Assembly: GCA_964187785.1 (NCBI GenBank) | Contig: OZ076409.1 | Location: forward strand, 45,634,001-45,698,000 | Direction of reading: 5' to 3' | Source of the DNA: Amphiscolops sp. MND2022 | Taxonomy: Eukaryota | DNA: 64,000 bases | Shown here: in pieces, positions 24,601 through 36,600 of the stretch | Position numbering within the stretch: the first letter of the stretch is position 1 | Layout of the letters: each line of letters opens with the position of its first letter | Translations under genes and position numbers: made by a program | Notes under the pieces: generated by a model | What the model was told of the DNA's origin: nothing | Databases searched by the model: none | The model's input: only the letters and a program-made list of their open reading frames with translations

Positions 24601-27600
24601 TGACGGTCGTAGCACGACACTCACTTAGTGAACACCCGCTAGAATACACGCCAGCAGAGTATGAAAGAGGAGTTATCTGAAAGGAGTGAAGCAGCTCCAC
24701 CCACTCACCAAAATGTCAAATACGCCACATGTATATTAACTGGACAACGCAGAACGACCCTTGGTGAGTGAGACCTTATTCAACTGGTAGTCGCGAAAGT
24801 GACTACACTACCAGAAACAGAACGACGGCAAAAATTAAACTAGCCGCTTCAACTTTTCAGGTGCAGCTGAAACTTAAACATGCATCCCTAGCAAAAACAA
24901 ATTGTCATAACGTAGTCTTACTTGTAATCTGTTGACAAACTAAACTGCTCACCTAACCGGGAAAACGAGATGAACTCAACTGGCAGAAAATTCAATTATA
25001 AATGCATCCAGCAACAAAACGGCGTAACAAATTGGAAAACATCACCTATGAAACCTAGTAAAAAACAAAAGAGTAGTATCAACAATCAAAAACACGTAAC
25101 AAACGCATGAAATCAACATGTAAAGAATATGCATTACATATTTGTTTTAATTACATTACTAAATTATCTGCAACGATGTTTACCAATTGTCCACTCAAAC
25201 ATCCAACCTCTCACACCACTGCAGAACCTGAGATTTGTCGGGATCGATGCTTTGCTGATTTCAGTCGGGAGACGCCGCCACTCTCAGAGTCTAATTCTGT
25301 ACCTACTTTCTGTTTCCTCTTACTCGTCGCAGTTTTCATACGCTCTGACCCTCGCTTGCCATGATTACGTCCGGCAAGTGACATGCGTGAACTCACGCCA
25401 CGGGCTCGAGGAATCATTTTTGATATACTCCCAATGGCCTCATCAGCCTTTTTACGGGGTTGAACAGGTGACGCAAGACATCTACACCCAGTCGTCAAGT
25501 CTGTCGCCGTTGTTTGCTTCGCAAAGGACTGCGGAGATCCGCCTGCCAAGTTTTTGTTCAAAGGTGTGCACAGACAGCCAATCGATACTCATCAATCGAG
25601 ACGCCTCCTGATGTTCCACTGTCTCGTTTCAACAGTTGGTCCCAAGGTCGGTAACTTTCTGCATCAGATACCCGGGATATTTGCATATCCGTAAAATTGG
25701 CATGGCGTAAGTATCCAGTCATAAGTTTACGCGCATCCCCAGCAAGTCCAAAATTCTCGCAGCTACACACTTGTTTGATACTTGACAACATTTGCCTGCA
25801 AGTCAGGGAAATTGTTCCAACGTCCACGAAGTCGGCCAGATACTCAATTCGGACCGAACCACAATTAACAATCCGAAGGCCGTTGAAGAGTTCACTACAC
25901 CACTGCCAATGCAGGTAACTTAGCCATTAATTGATTTCATCGTCAACAACAGGAATGACTGTTGGTTGGCTCCTCCACCGATACATAAAAAAACTACTCG
26001 CCTCATTGATGTGCTGGATCAATAGGGCACTACAGTCCTCCGGAACCAGAGCCGACTCGGGTGAAAACTAGACAGCAATCGACGAAAAAATCGCCACAAA
26101 ATTGACTAATGACTGACCGTCCATGTAATACTCTGACAACAGGGCTTCGCACAATCCACTCGCGAACAGCTGAACCTCTCGATAAAAGACCAGCGCATCG
26201 TAACGGGACTACTGTGCAAAAAAGGTCTTATACATTTCTTGAGGTAAAGGACCCAAAGCAAAAGCGTGGGAGCTCACACATGCTCAAAGTCAACTTCTGC
26301 AGGCACGTTCGACGATTTTTTCACCAAAACTCGCACACAGCGGATGAAAGAGACAAACTCCGGTTCAAAGTAGATGTCACGGTCGCGCCTCTGTGTGTTT
26401 CCACAAGGAAACTTCGATACGACCAAAACAGAAAGTCACTCTTCTTAAACAATAAGCAACTCAAAAAAGGCACATACCGGAAACAATCAAAATACTCTGA
26501 CATCTTCAAAGTAACAATCCTAAACAGAAGAAAAAATTACTTGAATCAAACAAAGTTACACCAAACAGGTCATACCACAAATACAAAACTAGCATACCAA
26601 CAGTCAGCTGAATATGGCAACTGAGGGCGTGATTGTCGGTCACTGAATATTAGGACGTTCGAACTGGGCACTGAACGTAACTCTATTAACGCTCCACAAC
26701 CTTCCAATCAGAAGAACCTAGCGAGATCGTCTCATCGCTCTACCAACTCGGCACAAATGGCAGCTAACTGTGGTAGAGTCAAGTCGTCGCTCCGTACATA
26801 CTAGAAAAAAAAGAAAAACAACAAATCAATATAATTCAACGCAAATTAGGTAACACAAAAAAGAGTACCAAGACTACGACTTCCAGTTACATAAAAAACA
26901 CAACACCCTAAGGAATCCCCCTGTAAACAAAAACGTTCCAATAGCTGACGTAGCTGTAGCATCAATTCGAACTCCAGTCCATTTCCAAAGTTTGAGAGAC
27001 GATACTTTGTAAGGATCCAGGCCCCCAATCGCTGTTTGAACTCTTACCGTATGACATGCTGCACCCACTGCACATCCAGATAAGGCACGGCCCACAGCCA
27101 TATTGCTCTCTGCCACAACGCTACACAGACTTCCAACTGGATCCAAACACGAGAGCACTGTCACTGCTATGGTTAAAAGTTCGAACTACCATGATTCATA
27201 AACGGTCCAAGTCACCAGAGTCATTGACTTTGTGTCCACATCGCTCACAAGGTGACAGTGAACTTGCCGAAAGTTTCCGTCGAAGAAAACTCGCAGACCA
27301 ACACGATTCCGAGCAACCACCAATTCACACAGTTTCTCGATGACGTACAGATAAATACCGTACAACACCAGAATCTAAACACAGATTATTACCATAAACT
27401 TCACCCAACCAAATCTAACGACCCAAGCAAGAAGTTATCAGCATGACCAGTCACCAAAAAAAGCACAAATACACACATGTAACACTTCGCATGAATCATA
27501 CAGTTGTAGCATGCAATCAAATTACTCACCTGAAATTTGAGCAATGTCAGACTCCTTTCTACGAAAGTTAGCTCGCCGCGCATGCTGACTGACCATCCAT

Positions 27601-30600
27601 CCATGAGCTTCATCAGACTCTTGAAGTTACCGACAGTAGCAAGCCCATTCAAAAAGAAAGCACAACCACAAGTAGGATGCACTTTCCGTACTTAAGCGAG
27701 GTCTCTCAGTTTCCGCTTTTGACTCTTTCTCCAAACGGATTCGTTCCTCCAACGATAACCGTAGCGGGCACTCCAGGTAAACTGGAGGCTCCATCATCCG
27801 ATCTAACCGAATGTGCCGGTCTTCGTCAGCTGAAATGGTTGGGCACAATTTGTCCAGAAAAGAGCGTTGCGTCATAATCCGACACTTTTGCGCGCGACGC
27901 GTATGCTCCGCCCCCTTCCAGTGTCCCCACAAGTTCTGGAGACCCTACCAGTGATGCAAACGTCAACTTTACACATCAGGCGCCTCGTAAAGCTGTCCAA
28001 AACTTGTCGTCTGTGGCGAGGAAAACTTTCAAAGAATCCGACGACACTGGAAACGAAATAAGACGGTTTCAGAGTAATAATCTTCCTTTTCCGCCGTAAA
28101 ACAACAATGACGCAGACCTTAAACGTATTTAAAAGGTTATTTCAGAAAATAGAAACCTTATCCCACAAAGTCACTAGAAACTAGGCGTCAAAATTCCCAC
28201 CATTGTGCTGTATAACATTACATGTGATCTTGAAAGTAGTTTCTAGGTATCGTTCCTCACAAAGTTGCAACGAGCACATCGCAAGTAGCCGACACCAACT
28301 CTGGGTTACCGAATGCAGTAGGCACATGTGAAACTGTGCTTGACCCACTAGCTGCCCCACCCAACGTTACTGAACCCAGCTCCAATGGCCCAGACGGCAA
28401 GAAGCGACGTCATGAACCCGAAGGAATTTAAGACTGAGATGCCATCACTTCCCGAAGCACCGGCAAAAAAATCTTTCACGGCTAGAATGCCCACGGTGTC
28501 AAGCTGCCCGAGTGACGAGTTCAAGACTGCTTTCACCCGATGACCAACATTGTCCTTCATTGGCTTCTCCAGTTGCTTCAGAAGATCTTCCAACCACTTT
28601 GTTTGAGAGTCGCTGACATCTACAAACCGAACACCCACGGGAGTCAATACCTGACAGCACAATCTAAGCAGAACTAATTAAAAACTTATTCGCGGTCAGG
28701 CAAGACGACAGTTAGGGACAATATTTACTACCCCACACGATACCCCCTCAAAATGCCAAGGAAACCCTTCTCAACTACTACGCAGGAAGCTGCGTAATTA
28801 CAATGCCCAACCTACATCAATATCTTTGATTTTGCTAACCTAGTTGCGAGTCCATCATGCAGTGTAAATGACCACCCAAACCAGTAGTCGGCCTATTGCA
28901 ACCAGGACGTCGCAGTCGCGGGAAGGCTCGGTCATAGTCTACCAACGACGACAATTCACATCATCAGTCAAAACAATTGGATTTTCAATCTAACAGCAGA
29001 CGCCTCCAAGGTCCCCTATCCAAGGTATTCTTTACAATCAACAATGCAACAGGAAGTCAGGGTCTCCTAAAGTGATGCAGCGCTAGAAATCAACAATTTT
29101 TCGCTTCCCCAAAACAGGCAGTTCAGATGATCCGAAGGAAAGCTGAAAACAATTAATGCTGAAATATTCAAGTGATGTAAGGAACTTACGGAATTGCCCT
29201 GATAGCGCAATGTTTAACAACTCATCAAGGCCTTCCCGATTGGCGGAAGACACACGCGTCACAAACTGAAAGCACTGCGACTCAGCAGCAAGCGCACCCT
29301 CAGAAATAGCCCCAATACTTGACGATATTTCCTACAGATCCCCTGAAATTTGTTCCACAAACGACACTGAAGACCACACGTCCGGATCGAAAGACGAGCA
29401 GCCAAGATCTGACATTCAAAGTGGAACCACGACGAACAGTTAATGGAGTGAATGAACAAAACAGTACCAATAAACACAACTGCAATTAATGGGCGAACGA
29501 ACGTCGGAATTGTAAAGACGACTAAACAGGATCATTGCTGGAAGGAAGAGTGGAATACGTGGTCTGATCAACATCATCTTTTCCTAGGCTCCCGCTACAA
29601 TAAACGATCAAAAGAAAAATACCCTGAGTATTTTTGAAATTCTCAAATCAGTAAAACAACGTTGTCAAAAGGATTTCACATGCCTGACAGAAACAGTCGT
29701 TCTATCCAGTTTAGCAATTCACCCAAAAGAGGAAAAAAAGAATTCAGACCGCAGATTCTACCTCATTTCAGACTGCTTACGGAAAGGCGATAAATCAACG
29801 ACAGTAACGCAATGCAAACCAAACTATGAGTTTCTTGAGCAAAACAAACAAAGACGAATCCGGAACCAATTGAATGAAACTGATGTATTGTCAAAAATAT
29901 TGGCGGACTATGAGCGAATGCCGACTGTCGCAGTTATTTTCGCTTTTGGTGTTCACTTTCTTTCAGCCAACTATTCGATAAAAGACGCACGATTGGATGG
30001 CGTTACAGCAGAAATGCCAGTACGAACAATTCACTCTCAATACTTCCTACAACGCCTCACATGTGACGTCATCTTTCAGTCATTCATTTGCGCTATCCGA
30101 AGTTAACATCGTCTTTCTGATGCCAACAACGACTACTTCCTACAGTCGTCAAATCGTCATTGCAACGGAACGAATGAGCAGCACTGTTTCAACTCATGCC
30201 TGAGCAAACAACCGATCGATGCCGACAACTAAAGTCCGCAACGGTATTTCCGAATTCCAATATTCACCATACCTCTACCAGCCTCAAGCGAACGACAACT
30301 AGTATCATGAGTCCTCACATAACCAATAACGATACGAAGAAGCAGTTCAACTTCAACACTTGCGCAAACTTGCAACTTTGAAGCGATGACGACTAATAAC
30401 CACAGTCGTCACAAACTTCCAATTCCAACCTCAACTCACCATTGCTACCTCCAAGCGTCAGTGTCTTCAGTCTCAACTCAATATTTCACTCTTTTTAAAA
30501 GAGGCAGAGTGTCATGCCCGATTGCATGATTGAAAATGACGACCACAATCCCTAGTCGTGACAAACTTAGATAACTCAATTATAAGTCAACTAACATCAT

Positions 30601-33600
30601 GAAGCTGCTAAAAACGGAAAACGACTGGCTAAAACGGTCGTCATGTCATAAACATTTTTTCATGTAAATCAATTTAGTGCATATTTTGAAGGTCATGAAG
30701 CATCTACTAATACAATCCAGCAGAGAGTACCCATTAATGTAAATACATCAGAATATCATAACGACTGTTGTTGTTAGTCATTGATTATATTTGAGATGTC
30801 ATGTAGTAGTACACTATTCACAATCACAGAAGTTTAGTAACCAAAGTTACCAAATGCAGTAGTTTAGTGCTATTAACCCAGTGCTGTGTGATCCTATTGT
30901 AATAGCTTCATCTAGTGTGTAGCAGGTGCGAAAGGATTTTGCGCAGTTGTATGTGGTAGTTAGTGACGACTGCAACACGCAGTCGTAATTGCACTACAAT
31001 TAACACCTGAAGCGACAACCAACCAGAAAGCAGTAACCAATTACGCACAACAAAATGTGAGTACTTGCAAAGACTACTAGTGAACTTCAGTACGATTTTG
31101 CTTACCATACTGTGCAGACGTCTCTAACACTAGTTTCTCTCAGATTTGACACATTCTCATTCCTCATCAAATTCCTTTAAAAGGGTCAAACAACCTCAAT
31201 TCAACTCTTAAAACCAAAAAACGTTCCTGAATGGTGATCACCAGACCTCAGAGTACGAACAGCGCAGAAGTCAAAATTACCAATATGAAGGATTATTGTG
31301 ATAACGAAAGCGACGTCAGTTTGCCCGAATTTAACTCGCACAACGTGACCACTGAAAACAGTAATCGTCTTTCGAATGAACAAGAAAGGGATCATGAACG
31401 GATCCGTATTGAACGCAGATTAAGGGAAACTAACAGACGAATTGGCGAACTAACTAGGCTGGTTAGGATTTTGACGGAAAACGGAAAAGGCTGCTTCTTG
31501 TAATAGAGAAGAGAATGACTTTAATACTCAAAATATCAGATCCACAAGTCATTTTGACATTAATGAGACACAACAAACGTTTTTACCTGCGATTATTGCC
31601 AAAAAGAACAAACCGACAACCCGCTGGAGCCAAAAAGGACTATTTTGGTCAACCAATTGCGGAACTGTAGTAGTAAAAGGGTAGACTTAGAAGCACTTTG
31701 CGAATGGCATTCAATTGGCTGAAGTGGATGGAGTTACTCCCGGAAAATATTGAGTCTTTCAGTAGTGTTCAATTGCGTAAATACTAAAACAATTCAAAGA
31801 ATCACATTTTGTTGATACCATACACCTATACTCAATTTTTTCCAAGCTTGAAAGTAAAACTAAATTCGTCAACTGGTTCGCAGGGCAAGGACTCGAAGAG
31901 TATTCATGCTAAATCCTTGTCCTTGTTGGATGTTAGATTGATAGTTATTTGTATATTTCTTTATTTTTGTATCTTTTCAATCACTACATCCATATAAATT
32001 GGTGTAACTTAACTCAAAATCGAAGGCAATTGAGCTTGTGTTGAAACACTGTGTCACATTTTCATACAGTTCTCAGAACTGTCTCAGCTTTCGTGTCATA
32101 GCATCGAGACATTGAACGCTTTGAAAATTCGTCATTTATCATTTTATTTGGGAAATAGCATCTCTCATTGGGCAAAAACTAATACACATAGCATCTTTTC
32201 ATTAAATTTACATGTCAACTGCCATTTTACAGGACACGGCCTTCGTCGAAGGTGACGAAACTGGCGATGAAGGTGCGGAGTCAGCTACTCTTTGAATTAT
32301 TCCCCTTCAACATCGTCTTCAATAGTAACATGATGATAACCAACGTCGGAAACAGTCTGTTGGAAATTATGCCAGATATTCTGGAACAACCCGTCGATGA
32401 CCTCTTCAAACTCGTCAAGCCCATGGCCAGCTTGACGTGGGAAACGGTCAGATAACCGGCTATTTCTTGTTTAACTGTCACTACTTGTCTCAGGAATTGT
32501 CATCTATAGTGATAATGAAGATTTTTAACTACTAAACTATTGCTGTGTAAAATTTTTCTATGAAAAAATTAGAAAGACAATTTTGACAGTGAAACGGTTA
32601 CTGATTATTCATCAAAGTCGAGTCTATATTTAGGCAAATTATAAAAAAAACCATTTTAGCGTTTCATGTTTCACATCGGTTTCACTGCCGTTATCAAATC
32701 ACACTAAAAAGCGTTAAGTCGTATCTTTTAAAAGCACGTTTCCATGATAACAGCACAAATGTGGTGATAAAAAATCAAGAAAATTTTTTGCTCTAAATGG
32801 ACATCCAAATACCAAGATATTACATAACAAGACGCTCACTCAACACCAGGTTACCTTCCGTTCCGATCGACTTTAGCAACAATATCAGTAAAAAGCTCGA
32901 GCATGGCCAATAAGCTACGGAACTCTCAGAAAAATTCAAAAAAATGAGAATTAAGACATTATTTGATTTTTTTTGGTTGATTTTAGGCACCTTTTTATCT
33001 GAAATGTTTTTTTTAATGAAAAAAAGAATGTCGAGGAGCCCGTTGTTTCGTTGTTGAATTCAGGTTTTTGTAGTATTTTTTCACTCAAATTGATCAAAAA
33101 TCTTCATAAGTAAATACCAACTTTTTTTCGTTAAAATTCGTGGAAGAATCTATAACATTTGAGTATAAAATTGAAAGATGCTCAAAAACGCGGCGAGAGA
33201 TTATTTTTCCCTTCCTAATAAACCATGTGTGGAAATAAAAATTCTCGAATGAAAAAGCCAGAGTTATGAAATCACGATTTAAAAAAAGACGGGAACGTCT
33301 AAAGTCGGCGCTATATCTAAGGCTCAAAAAGCGCAGTTTTTAAAACATGCGTAGGACGTTTTCATGAAAACTCCAATTTTTGCACCTCCGTCTCCTTTTT
33401 AGAAAAAACGCATTAAAGTTCGGATATAACGTCAGAAATTCGGATACAGCGCTTTACTTCGGATACTACCAGGGGGGGGGACTTCAATAATATTGAAGGA
33501 CGGACCCTTTGGGGACATCAAAAAATTTTCGAAGAGTGCCAAACAAAATTCAAAGGGGACCCTATGGTCTCGTCCGGTTTTGTATCTTAGTTGAAAATGG

Positions 33601-36600
33601 AATAAATGAAAGGGGGACCCTTTGCACTCTTAGATGCGTTTCCATTTGCCGGTCCAGTAGTTGAGTAGTTCTGCAAAAAGTGTCCACTACGCATACATTC
33701 TGTGGTCTGACGAAAAAAAACTAATCACTGTAATAGTCGGGCTTTTTTCCTTAAAGAAAAATGCACCGACTAAAAACAGATGTTTGTAATTGTAGTTTCC
33801 TCAGATTTTCGTTCTAACCATAGAATGCAGTATTTGTATTCATTTATTTTGAAATTTGGTTGTCTGTTTTAGCTGAAAGATTATGAAAACAACTCATTCG
33901 AGCTGGAAACAGTGGATTGTTTGACCTCGAACATGGCTGAGAGTAAGCTTCACTTGATTCTGCTCCCAGTTATTTTTTTCATCACTACAGTGAAATGACG
34001 TCGGTACATGTTTCGTCCAGCAATGTACGAATTTTCTTGTACCGTTGCTGAACTACCGATTGACACGATTAACTCAAAATGAGGGGCAGGATTTAAATGT
34101 GTTTTAAATTATTGAATTATGTGCATAAATATAGATTAGGAGAACTCAAATATGTGAAAAAAAATGGGAAAAACAATCTTGTAATTTCCTTCAAATGCAT
34201 TCCATCGCATAACATGGTTTAGCAATTTCTCAAAAGTCAATTTAGTCTCCAAGGAGATTGTAGTGCATGCTAGGCTATTTCTTTTTACGAAACATGGAAA
34301 ATTCCGGGAAACTCCCAGGAATACTTTTGTAGGATTGCAATGCAGCTTCCACTATTTCAAATAAAACTGAAAATATTTCCACTTTTTCACCATTTCGATC
34401 ACTTTGTTTTCACACGTTAATTTTTCAAGTACGTTTTTTGTAATCACCGTTAGTCAATTTGCACGCTGAATATGACGCTATGTTGAAACGTATAACGTGA
34501 CTGACGTTTATTTGCTCTAAAAAAGGCGGTACAATTGATGGGGTCTCAGCTGCTTTTTAAAAAAGACTGCTTCTTTACGGAACCTGCAAAACTTCCTGGC
34601 TTCGAATTGCCGCCAAATTTAGCATCTTATAGCCAGATTGATAAAAGCCAAAGGATTCACTGAAATTTTGATGCACGGACATTTTTTGAGTGTTATCTAA
34701 TGAAATGATAAAATAACTTGGCAACCTAGAATAACTTGTGGAAAATTCGAGCAGTTTCACCTGAGATGAACTTAAATAATTTCCAAAATTTTTATTTCCT
34801 ACAATCGATACACGGTTCCGTACACGATAATTGTTTGCAAACAAAACCGATGAGCTGAAGGAAAAATCACGAAAAACACGATTTACAATTTCCATCACAC
34901 AAGTCTATTCACTGAACCACACATCCAAAAACTGCAATAACAAAGTTTGTTGTGAATACACATAGTCTTCAGTATTTAAAAACCGAACGTTGAGTAAAAA
35001 GCGGGGACCGGTCGAAGTCGGTGCCCCGCGCAAGTATCAAAAAACCAAACTTCTTAAATAAACAAAAGACCATATTGTTAAAATTTTATCAATTCCTCAG
35101 TGCCAAAAAGAATCCCAAGGTATACGCATTAGACTCGAAAAACATATTTTCGCCAACTGGAAACACTAGAAAGCCATTTTTGAAAATGATTTTTCAAACG
35201 TTTTTGTCGGGAATAAGTCCCATAGTGTCCAAAAGGAGCTTCAAGCTCGGAAAATGTTTTCATCTAGTTGAAAATATTTTTGAAAATCAAGGGAGTACAC
35301 TTTCACCAAGTGGATGCATGTTTGAGAAAAAGTCGCACATAGTCGAAACATACCAGAAGTCATTCCAACGAGTTTTGCGAAAACTCTCATTCATTTCATA
35401 GGACCTAAAAACAATCAAGGTGACCCGTTGAACTCCGGAGTGTTAATATTTCAGAAATTATCAAAAACTTAAAAAAACTGAGAACAATTTTAATTTCACT
35501 TCGATTGAGGAAATTTTTGAAAAAAAGTCGCACAGTTCCGAAAAAAATTTGAATAGGGACCCTTTGGTCTTGCTTTTTGCAAACATGAATTTTTTTGGTT
35601 TAGTGCGAGACTCGAACCCGCATAACGTCATCAGGATAGGAAATCCGCGTTTACCACTAGGCCAAGTGGCAGTGATGTTCTAACTTTCTAAAAATTCAAG
35701 AACTCGTGGAACTATTTTGGCCGCTTCAGGTCTATCGAAAAAAAAATTCACGAGAATTTTTTGAGAAAAAAAGCCATGACTATAGTCGAATCTTTTCTAA
35801 AGAAAAGCGCCGTCTAAAAATAATACAGTGCGTTGTTTTTGAAATATTAATTGGAGCTGTGTATTGTCATTTGCATAGGTGTCAGTGGGACAGGTTCTTT
35901 GGACGGAAATGGGAAGGAAAAGACAGCTTTGGGAAAATTGCTGCTTCGAGGTCAAATGCTGTTTGTGGAAGATTGGGATCAAATTATGTTCGTCTGCACC
36001 CCAGTGTAAGTTCCTTGATTCAAAAATTTAAACATTTTTGAACTTTTACGAAGACTTTAACGTTACTTTCACTGCTCTCTGTTTATTTCGAAGCGTGAGC
36101 CATCTCTCAATAAAATTTATATTGTTAAAATTGTTCAGAATGGCAGTGGCAAATTAACCATTGAATGTCCATTAGACTTGGCATGCAAAATTCAACTTGA
36201 TCAGATCAAATCGAACCCAAGTTGAAGAGTCTCAGTGGATTTGTGACGTCAATATGCAGTTTTCCATTCATTCTATTATTTTCCATGGATATATTCCATA
36301 TTCTGAAGGAAAATTAATTACTCGGCTGGCGTTAATTTAACAAATTTTCAATGCTTTTTTACTCTAAAGGTAAACTTTATTCAGGTTACGCTATTAATAT
36401 TTATCTGAACAAATGAATTCAAATTCAAAGTAAAGTTAAGTTACCTTTCGAGTTCATGATAAAATTTGTTAAATTAAGTAGAAATTTCTTCTACGTAATT
36501 CAACGACAAAAAACAAAGTTCGTAGCATACGTAGTTATGAAGATATCCGAATTCTTTTTGGAAAAGTCAAAACAGCTGGTGTTTCAAGTGGTATCTGGTT

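Larger units (their letters stand above)
17263..31559 (+). mobile_element. Decayed Ty3/Gypsy LTR retrotransposon (element 2), about 14.3 kb
   Basis: LTRs at 17263-18293 and 30510-31559 (TGTCA...TGACA), PBS-like TGGTGAAAGGAGT at 18294, PPT AAAAGAGGCAGAG before 30510. Internal gag CCHC, protease, RT (YADD), RNase H (CDASE) and integrase (TDKG) fragments occur in Gypsy order. Confidence 0.92.

Noticed and set aside
16664..31108. Three identical 66-aa minus-strand ORFs (MVSKIVLKF...)
   Set aside because: They result from LTR duplication; no independent coding evidence.
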